From Desulfobacterales bacterium (GTDB lineage: Bacteria; Desulfobacterota; Desulfobacteria; Desulfobacterales; JAABRJ01), in the NCBI GenBank assembly GCA_049284575.1, contig JBAPYE010000325.1, positions 1 through 46,716 on the forward strand: DNA of 46,716 bases. Direction: 5' to 3'. Numbering within the stretch: position 1 is the first letter of the stretch; every line of letters starts with the position of its first letter. Both the position numbers and the translations under genes were made by a program. Below are positions 39,943 to 46,716 of the stretch, in pieces. The notes under the pieces were generated by a model, which was given only the letters and a program-made list of their open reading frames with translations, was not told the origin of the DNA and searched no databases.

Positions 39943-42036
39943 TCAAGTCGAAATTTTTGAAAAATCGGCGATATTTTCGAACAGGCCGGCCACCAGAGCC
40001 AAGAGCGCGAAGCGATTGCCGCGGACGGCGGGATCCTCGGCCATCACCATGACACCGTCAAAAAAGGCATCCACCGCACCGCGCAGGGTGGCGATCGCCC
40101 GCAGGGCCAGATCCGTGCGCCGGTCGGCCTGGTGGCCCGCCACCTCGGCCTTGACCGTCTGGTAGGCCTTCAGCAGGTCGCCTTCACAGACATGCTCGAA
40201 GCGTGCGGGCGACACGGCGTCAGCGTCGGCCGGCAGCGCAGCGACACCCGCTTTTTTCATGATATTGACGACCCGCTTGAAGGCGATCGCCAGGGGCTCG
40301 AAGTCCGGCGCGGCCTTGAGGGCTTCCAGGGCGCGGGCGCGCTCCCAGACATCCGGCACGTCGTCCGCCGAGGCCGCCACCACCGCCGCGACAACGTCCT
40401 TGGAGAGCCCCTCTTCGGCCAGCAGGAAGGCCATCCGGCTGCGCAGGAAGGCGTAAACCTGGTCGGCGGTCTGGGGCAAGGGCGCATCCCCGATTCCCTG
40501 GTAGGGGCCGAGACCGGCCGCTATCAGGTCCATGAGGGAAAAACTCAGCCCCTGGTCGCGCATGATCTGGACAATCCCGATCCCCTGGCGGCGCAGCGCG
40601 TAGGGGTCCGATCCGCCCGTGGGCACCAGCCCGACCCGGAAGCAGCCGCAAATGCTATCCATCTTGTCGGCGATGCTGACCACCGCGCCGGCTTGGGTTT
40701 GCGGCAGAACGCCGCCCGAAGCGGTGGGCCGGTAATGCTCTTGAATGGCGGCGGCAACGCCCTCGGGTTCGCCGGCGGCGGCGGCATAGACCCGCCCCAT
40801 GACCCCCTGGAGCTTCGGGAATTCCACCACCATCTGGCTGACCAGGTCGGCCTTGCACAGCAATGCGGCGCGGGAGGCCTGCGCCCGGAGCGCGCCGGCG
40901 GGATCCACCCAGCCGGCGACGGTCTCAGCCAATGCCTGCACCCGCATGACCTTGGCGTGCATCGACCCCAACTTGGCCTGGAACAGGACGCCCTTCAACT
41001 TGGCGACCCAGTCTTCCATGGCGGCCTTCAGATCGCTGCGATAAAAGAACATGGCGTCTTCCAGGCGCGCCCGCAACACCCGCTGGTGGCCGCGCGCCAC
41101 CAGCGCGGGATCCTTGGTGGCGGTGTTGTTGACGGCGATAAAATGGGGCATCAGGCCGCCGGCGGCATCCGCGACGGCAAAGTATTTCTGATGCTCGCGC
41201 ATCGAGGTGATCAACACCTCATCGGGCAGTTCGAGAAATTTGGTGTCGAATCGACCGGCAACCGGTGCCGGGTACTCGATCAGGTGGGTGACCGTGGTGA
41301 GCAGCTCCTCGTCGGGCAGGATGCGGCCCCCCAGTTCGGCGGCCAGGGCCGTAATCTCGGTCTTGACCCGGCTGCGGCGCGCTGCGATATCGGCCAGCAC
41401 CCAAGCCGCCTCCAGCCGCTCGAGGTATTCCGAGGGCTGGGAAATCTTGATGCGTCCGGGTTTCAGAAAGGCATGGCCCCAGGTGTGGCGGCCGCTTTTG
41501 ATGTCCTCCAGGGCGAAGGCCACCACCCGGCCGCCCAACAACGCCAGCAGCGAATGCACCGGCCGCGCGAAGGCCGTGTGGTAGTCCGACCAGCGCATGG
41601 TTTTAGGAAACGGCAGCGCGACGATGGTCTCCGGAAAAATGGTTTTGAGCAGGGTCAGGGTCGCCAGGCCGCGCTCGGTTTTACGGGCCGCCAGGTAGGC
41701 CCCCTTGGGGGTCTCGACGACCTTGATATTCTTGACGGAAACCCCGACCTTTTCGGCGAACTTGTGGGCCGCGACGGTGGGCTTGCCCTGGGGGTCGAAG
41801 CCGACCGTGGCGGGCGGGCCGGTGACCTCGGTGGTCAGCGGTTTCTGGCGGTCGGCCACGGCCTCCATCAGGATCGCCAAGCGCCGCGGGGTGCCGTACA
41901 CACGGGCCTCGCCATGGTCGATGCGCGCCGCGGCGAGCTTCTCCTGCAGGACCCGCGAGAGGGCCGCCAGGGCCGGCTCAATGTAGCCCGCCGGGATCTC
42001 CTCGGTTCCGATTTCAAGCAATAACGGATGGTTCAT
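39943..42036 (-). CDS. glyS: Glycine--tRNA ligase beta subunit
   Basis: 697 aa. MNHPLLLEIGTEEIP.. N-terminus typical of GlyS, immediately downstream of glyQ. Confidence 0.97.
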   Translation of the reverse strand: MNHPLLLEIGTEEIPAGYIEPALAALSRVLQEKLAAARIDHGEARVYGTPRRLAILMEAVADRQKPLTTEVTGPPATVGFDPQGKPTVAAHKFAEKVGVSVKNIKVVETPKGAYLAARKTERGLATLTLLKTIFPETIVALPFPKTMRWSDYHTAFARPVHSLLALLGGRVVAFALEDIKSGRHTWGHAFLKPGRIKISQPSEYLERLEAAWVLADIAARRSRVKTEITALAAELGGRILPDEELLTTVTHLIEYPAPVAGRFDTKFLELPDEVLITSMREHQKYFAVADAAGGLMPHFIAVNNTATKDPALVARGHQRVLRARLEDAMFFYRSDLKAAMEDWVAKLKGVLFQAKLGSMHAKVMRVQALAETVAGWVDPAGALRAQASRAALLCKADLVSQMVVEFPKLQGVMGRVYAAAAGEPEGVAAAIQEHYRPTASGGVLPQTQAGAVVSIADKMDSICGCFRVGLVPTGGSDPYALRRQGIGIVQIMRDQGLSFSLMDLIAAGLGPYQGIGDAPLPQTADQVYAFLRSRMAFLLAEEGLSKDVVAAVVAASADDVPDVWERARALEALKAAPDFEPLAIAFKRVVNIMKKAGVAALPADADAVSPARFEHVCEGDLLKAYQTVKAEVAGHQADRRTDLALRAIATLRGAVDAFFDGVMVMAEDPAVRGNRFALLALVAGLFENIADFSKIST

Positions 42037-42104
42037 CTCTTTTTTTCCTTTTGTGCGGCTCTACCGGAAACTCGAATTTTCACGAGTCCGTATGCGCCGG
42101 CGGC

Positions 42105-42980
42105 TCAGCTCGCGTTTTTGATCAGCGGAAACCCCATGGTCTCCCGCTGTTTGAGATACCCCTCGGCGCAGGCCCGGGCCAGGTTTCGGATACGCCCGAT
42201 GTAACCCGTGCGCTCGGTCACGCTGATGGCGCCGCGGGCGTCCAACAGGTTGAAGGTGTGGGAGCACTTGAGGCAGTACTCATAAGACGGCAGCACCAGG
42301 CCCGCGGCCATCACCCGCTGGGATTCGGCTTCAAAGCGGTTGAAGAGCTCCAGCAGCATGGCCACATCGGCAATTTCGAAGTTATAGCCCGACTGCTCGA
42401 CTTCCTGCTGGTGGTGAACGTCCCCGTAGGAAACCGTTTCGTTCCAGCGCAGGTCATAGACATTGTCGATGCCCTGCAGGTACATGGCAATACGCTCGAT
42501 ACCGTAGGTCAGTTCCACCGACACCGGATAGAGCTCGATACTGCCGGCATGTTGAAAATAGGTGAACTGGGTAACTTCCATGCCGTCCAGCCAGACCTCC
42601 CACCCCAGGCCGGAGGCGCCCAGGGTGGGGGATTCCCAGTCATCCTCCACAAAACGGATGTCGTGCTCCAGCGGCTCGACCCCCAACACCTTGAGGCTCT
42701 GCAGGTAGAGTTGCTGAACGTCCGGCGGGGAGGGTTTCAGAATCACCTGAAACTGGTAGTAGTGCTGCAGCCGATTGGGGTTTTCACCGTAGCGCCCGTC
42801 GGTGGGCCGCCGCGAGGGCTGCACGTAGGCGACCTTCCAGGGCTCCGGGCCCAGGGCCTTGAGGAGCGTTGTGGGGTGAAAGGTCCCGGCGCCGACCTCC
42901 ATGTCGTAGGGCTGGACCAGGACGCAGCCCTTGCGGGCCCAGAATTTCTGTAGCGCGAAAATGACATCCTGAAAATACAT
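42105..42980 (-). CDS. glyQ: Glycine--tRNA ligase alpha subunit
   Basis: [36 protein letters not shown] start at ATG 42980 with an aaggaagg RBS. The ORF-track start 43157 is an upstream extension overlapping the previous gene. Confidence 0.97.
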   Translation of the reverse strand: MYFQDVIFALQKFWARKGCVLVQPYDMEVGAGTFHPTTLLKALGPEPWKVAYVQPSRRPTDGRYGENPNRLQHYYQFQVILKPSPPDVQQLYLQSLKVLGVEPLEHDIRFVEDDWESPTLGASGLGWEVWLDGMEVTQFTYFQHAGSIELYPVSVELTYGIERIAMYLQGIDNVYDLRWNETVSYGDVHHQQEVEQSGYNFEIADVAMLLELFNRFEAESQRVMAAGLVLPSYEYCLKCSHTFNLLDARGAISVTERTGYIGRIRNLARACAEGYLKQRETMGFPLIKNAS

Positions 42981-43030
42981 GATACCTTCCTTGGGCGTTG
43001 ATAAGGTTTTGACGAAGACCGGGAGGAATC

Positions 43031-44134
43031 TCAAGCGCCGGCGGTTGGCTCCCCGCCGACGGCGCCCGGGTCCAGAAGATCGACCGCCACCCCGCGGGTG
43101 TCGATGCGCGGCGGCAGCAGCCTGGCACCGGCAACCGCATCCAGAATCCTGCGCCACGCCGGCGCCAGCTGCTGGATGGCTGTCTGCGGGCCCAGCGCCC
43201 AGAGACAGCCGCCCCCGCCGGCACCGCTAAAACGGGCACCGCAGCGGGCACCGATGGCTGCGGCCACCAGTTTTTCACCGGTGGCGTCGAGAACCGCCGG
43301 GGTCAATTCTCGACGCACGGCCGTTTCACGGTTCATGACGTCCGCCGCGGTTTGGAAATCACGGGCAAACAGAGCGGCGGCAAATTGGCGCGTCAGGGCG
43401 GCGATCTCCTCCCAGTGTGCGCGTTTCACCCCGGCCAGAAACTGCCGGACCCAGCGGCCGTTGACATCTTTGGATTCATGGGGCACCCCGCAGTAGGCCA
43501 GCAGCAGGTGATCGGCCAGCGCTTCATCCCCCGGCGCGGGGGGCAGCTCCTCCTTGCGAAAGGCGGGCTCCCCGAAACCGGAGAGCCAATGCCAGACGTT
43601 GACTCCGCCAAAGGCGGCGGCCAGCTGGTCCTGGACCCCGCAAGGGACCCCGGCGACACTGGCTTCGATGGCGTGGGCCAGCAGGGCAATTTCCCGACGG
43701 GCAAGCCGGCGCTTGGAACCTGCCCGTTCAGCGGCGGCCTGCAGGGCGGCCACCAGGGCCACAGCCGCCGCCGAGGACCCGCCGAGGGCGCTGCGGGGTG
43801 GGGATGCCGAGTCGATCCGGATGTGAACGCCGTCGGCATCGAAAAAAGCCGCAATGGCGAACATCAGCCCCAGGGGATGCCGAAAAGGCGCCCGGTTCGT
43901 TGGGAAAACCGCACTCTCAAATCCCCGCGAAGAGACTTTGACCTGTCCCACGTCATAGGGCTGCAGGTCAACTCGGGTGCGCAGCGCCATGGCGAGGTTG
44001 ACGGTGCAGGGTGCATGCCGCCGCAGGGGCAGGTGAAAGGTGCTGATGTCCAGGGTCCCCCCCATATCGATCCGGCAGGGGGCCGAGGCGCTCACCGGTT
44101 GGGCGGCCAGCACCTGGTGCAGGGACGAGGGCAT
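43031..44134 (-). CDS. GHMP-family sugar/metabolite kinase, substrate unknown
   Basis: 367 aa. [13 protein letters not shown]-terminal motif, motif [19 protein letters not shown], motif [15 protein letters not shown]. gggagaag RBS. Confidence 0.8.
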   Translation of the reverse strand: MPSSLHQVLAAQPVSASAPCRIDMGGTLDISTFHLPLRRHAPCTVNLAMALRTRVDLQPYDVGQVKVSSRGFESAVFPTNRAPFRHPLGLMFAIAAFFDADGVHIRIDSASPPRSALGGSSAAAVALVAALQAAAERAGSKRRLARREIALLAHAIEASVAGVPCGVQDQLAAAFGGVNVWHWLSGFGEPAFRKEELPPAPGDEALADHLLLAYCGVPHESKDVNGRWVRQFLAGVKRAHWEEIAALTRQFAAALFARDFQTAADVMNRETAVRRELTPAVLDATGEKLVAAAIGARCGARFSGAGGGGCLWALGPQTAIQQLAPAWRRILDAVAGARLLPPRIDTRGVAVDLLDPGAVGGEPTAGA

Positions 44135-44227
44135 AACGTCTTCTCCCGAAAGCCAATTTCAAGCCACCTCATTTTGCTCAATCTCTGGGTCAGCGCAAAA
44201 TCAAAGGGGGGCAAACCGGCGCCTGTT

Positions 44228-44986
44228 TCAGCGAACTTCCCGCAGGAACTTTAGGCTGCGCGGGGTTTTGCCCAGGTGATAGGGCACAAAGGTTTCCAAA
44301 AACACGGTGCTTTCGGCCACGGCGGCCGCTGAGAAGCGCACCCGCCGGGCCTGGGTCAGATCGCTGCAGCCAAGCCACTGCAGCAGTTTGAGAGTCCCCT
44401 TGGCCAATTCGCCCAGAGTGTTGCCAGCGCCGCCGCAGCGGCCGCAGACCGCACCGCCCCGTACGGGGTCTATCCGCAGCCCCCGGTTCTGGAGTTGCTC
44501 GAGCTCACAGCCGCAGGCGCAGCAGGCGGTCAGTTCCGGCAGAAACCCGGCAAGCGCCATGAAGCGCACCTGGAACAGAAGGTTCAGGACCGCCGCATCT
44601 GCGGCATCGCCGCCGTCCAGTTCGGTCAGTACGTGCGCCAACAGGTTGAAGAGCGCCGGGTTGGCCACGTTTTCTTCCATCCACAGGTTGATCAGCTCCG
44701 CCCAGTAGCTGGCGTAGGCGGTTTTCCTGTAATTTCCGCGGATGCCGGCAAAGGGCTGCTTTAATTCGGCCTCCTGCAGGACCGGCAGGCCGCGGCCCGC
44801 CGAGCACTGCAGCTGAAGCAGTGAAAAGAGCTCCAGCACCCCGCCAAAGCGCCGGGTGCTCTTTTTGGCGTACTTGGCGATGACCGACATTTTCCCGCGC
44901 GCCAGGGTAAAGCAGTTGAGGATCACGTCGAAGTCGCCGTGCTGAATGCGCCGCAGGGTGATGGCCGGGGTGGAAAAGGATGCCAT
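44228..44986 (-). CDS. recO: DNA repair protein RecO
   Basis: 252 aa. N-terminal OB-fold-like AITLRRIQHGDFDVILNCFT and a central Cys4 (CCACGC..CGRCG). The start is 1 nt after the mgtE stop. Confidence 0.9.
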   Translation of the reverse strand: MASFSTPAITLRRIQHGDFDVILNCFTLARGKMSVIAKYAKKSTRRFGGVLELFSLLQLQCSAGRGLPVLQEAELKQPFAGIRGNYRKTAYASYWAELINLWMEENVANPALFNLLAHVLTELDGGDAADAAVLNLLFQVRFMALAGFLPELTACCACGCELEQLQNRGLRIDPVRGGAVCGRCGGAGNTLGELAKGTLKLLQWLGCSDLTQARRVRFSAAAVAESTVFLETFVPYHLGKTPRSLKFLREVR

Positions 44987-44987
44987 G

Positions 44988-46340
44988 TCAGATGCCCAGA
45001 AGGATGGTTGCGATCTGGAAGTAAAAGAACACGCTGATGATATCGATGGCGGTGGTCACGAAGGGGCCCGTGGCCACCGCCGGGTCGATGTTCAGGCGGG
45101 CGAAGAGCATGGGCACCAGGGAGCCCACCAAGGCGGCGATCGCCATCGAGGAGAGCACCGCCAGACTGACCGCCAGGGCAAAGCTCAACCGGCCGTAGCG
45201 GGCCTGTGCGACCCCGCCGATCAGCAGGCCGTAAAACACCCCCAGCATCCCCCCGATGACCAGCTCCTTGAACACAATCTTGCGAAGATCGCGCACCAGC
45301 AAGCGTCCCGTGGCCAGTCCGCGGACCACGATGGTGGAGGTCTGGGTGCCGATATTGCCCCCCATGCCCATGATGACCGGGATGAATGCGGCCAGAAAGG
45401 CGAAACGGGTCAGGCTGGACTCGAAGTGGTTGATGACGTAAAAAGCCACGATGCCGCCGAAACAACTGGCAAAAAGCCACGGCAGACGCATCCGGGTGCT
45501 CTTGTAGATCGACTTGGTTTCAATGAACTCCTCCCCCACACCGGCCATTTTGAGGATATCTTCGGTCGCCTCGGCGCGGAAGATGTCGATGACGTCGTCA
45601 ACGGTGACGATCCCCACCAGCCGATGGGACTCATCGACCACGGGCACGGCCAGGATATCGTAGCGGGCCACCATCTTGGCGACCTCCTCCTGGTCCATGT
45701 CGGTCTGAACTGAAAAAACATCCGTGGTCATAAACGCCTTCAGCGGCGTTTCGGGCGGCACCAGCACCAACTGCCGCAGGGAGCTGACGCCCACCAGGCG
45801 GCCGTTCTCATCGACCGCATAGAGGTAAAAGGGCATCTCCACATCCTGATACTCCTTCTGCAGAGACGCGATCGCCTCACGCGCGGTGCACTCCTCCCGC
45901 AGGGCGATGAAATCGGTCACCATGATGCCGCCGGCGGTATCGTCCCGGTAGCTCAGGAGGCCCTCGACCTGCGCCGAGTGCTCCTTTTTCATCTTTTCCA
46001 GGACCGCGCTGGAACGCGCCTCGGGGAGTTGGCCGATCAGGTCGGTGACGTCGTCGTTGGGCATGGTTTCGAGGATTTTGACGAGTTCATCCAGGTCAAG
46101 ATCCTCGCTGAAATCCAGAAAGGTGTCGCGATCCAGTTCGCTGAGAATAATCCCTTTCTGCTCACGGTCCTCGATCAGTTCAAATAGCCGCTGCTGGTGT
46201 GCCGGCGACAGCGTCTGGAATACCGTCGCCAGGTCGGCGGCATGGGTTTTTCTGACAATCTTGCGCAGGTGAGTCGAGGCCCCGCGCCTTAGCAGGCGCC
46301 GAATGCTGTCCGCCAGTATTTTGCTGCGATCGCGTTGCAT
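44988..46340 (-). CDS. mgtE: Magnesium transporter MgtE
   Basis: 450 aa. N-domain, tandem CBS pair and a C-terminal 5-TM MgtE domain with MGMGGNIGTQ. Confidence 0.95.
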   Translation of the reverse strand: MQRDRSKILADSIRRLLRRGASTHLRKIVRKTHAADLATVFQTLSPAHQQRLFELIEDREQKGIILSELDRDTFLDFSEDLDLDELVKILETMPNDDVTDLIGQLPEARSSAVLEKMKKEHSAQVEGLLSYRDDTAGGIMVTDFIALREECTAREAIASLQKEYQDVEMPFYLYAVDENGRLVGVSSLRQLVLVPPETPLKAFMTTDVFSVQTDMDQEEVAKMVARYDILAVPVVDESHRLVGIVTVDDVIDIFRAEATEDILKMAGVGEEFIETKSIYKSTRMRLPWLFASCFGGIVAFYVINHFESSLTRFAFLAAFIPVIMGMGGNIGTQTSTIVVRGLATGRLLVRDLRKIVFKELVIGGMLGVFYGLLIGGVAQARYGRLSFALAVSLAVLSSMAIAALVGSLVPMLFARLNIDPAVATGPFVTTAIDIISVFFYFQIATILLGI

Positions 46341-46368
46341 ATCGGTTCTCCGGCTACCCCCACTTCCC

Positions 46369-46716
46369 TCAGGGCAGCTGCAGGGTGACCACCTGCCCGC
46401 TTTTACCGGGGACCTTGACCGGTCTGCCGTTAAAGGTCAGTTTCAGGCCCGTTGCGTTGCCGATCAGCAGATTGAAGCCGCTCTGACCTTCAAGGGCCAC
46501 TTTCTGGCCGGGCTTGAGCAGGTATTCCACCGGGCGCTGGTTATCGGTGATAACTTTCAGCCAGGTTTCCTCGACCGCCAAGACCGCCAGGGCCTGGGGC
46601 GCTGCGGATTTGGCGACGAGAGTGCTCTTGGGGCGTTCAGCGGCAGTGGCTTCGACCGGCGCCGGCGGCGATTCGGCAGCCGCCTCGACCGGCTCGGTGG
46701 GCTCGGTCGCGGGCGC
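46369..46716 (-). CDS. RodZ-like protein, C-terminal part (Pro/Ala-rich linker plus DUF4115-like domain); N-terminus beyond the window end
   Basis: The frame is open from 46716 (APATEPTEPVEAAAESPPAPVE...) to the stop at 46369. The C-terminus LLKPGQKVALEGQSGFNLLIGNATGLKLTFNGRPV matches the RodZ C-terminal domain pattern. Confidence 0.6.
   Translation of the reverse strand, partial: APATEPTEPVEAAAESPPAPVEATAAERPKSTLVAKSAAPQALAVLAVEETWLKVITDNQRPVEYLLKPGQKVALEGQSGFNLLIGNATGLKLTFNGRPVKVPGKSGQVVTLQLP

Noticed and set aside
40132-42024. 630-aa plus-strand ORF; likewise 37391-39115 (574 aa), 18005-19507 (500 aa), 9023-10219 (398 aa), 7024-8247 (407 aa) and 42051-42953 (300 aa)
   Set aside because: All are antisense to confidently identified genes (glyS, ligA, the ClpX-like gene, prfA, rpsB, glyQ). 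They are Gly/Arg/Asp-rich with no recognisable domains.

Overview
GC-rich bacterial chromosomal window. Gene content and order suggest a sulfate-reducer-type deltaproteobacterium (Desulfobacterota): Ahb-type haem radical SAM genes, PPi-dependent PFK and split glyQ/glyS. I can support about 42 protein genes and one tRNA-Arg(CCG). I saw no rRNA, CRISPR array, transposase, integrase or obvious prophage or defence genes. Most of the window is core housekeeping in conserved syntenic blocks. (1) purL(partial)-rseP-dxr-cdsA-uppS-frr-pyrH-tsf-rpsB and prmC-prfA-rpmE-rho, all on the minus strand (1-11908). (2) cca, adk, rpsU, folC, tRNA-Arg (12646-16794). (3) A less ordinary stretch (16890-27899): an orphan coiled-coil protein, a ClpX paralogue without zinc finger, two NirJ/Ahb-type radical SAM genes flanking hemB, a long PPi-PFK, a GGDEF cyclase and an untracked 53-aa zinc-ribbon ORF. 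(4) A polar amino-acid ABC transporter, smc and ftsY (27977-35845). (5) A long minus-strand array: isochorismatase, acyP, ligA, nucleoside phosphorylase, a small PC4-like protein, glyS, glyQ, GHMP kinase, recO, mgtE and rodZ(partial) (35894-46716). The best candidate for something undescribed is the ClpX-like unfoldase, which lies 4 nt upstream of the siroheme-dependent haem genes. Close behind are two tandem intrinsic-terminator-like hairpins on the hemB-sense strand in the hemB/radical-SAM divergent spacer. All promoter, terminator and function calls are by eye from sequence and motif memory. No searches or folding were run.
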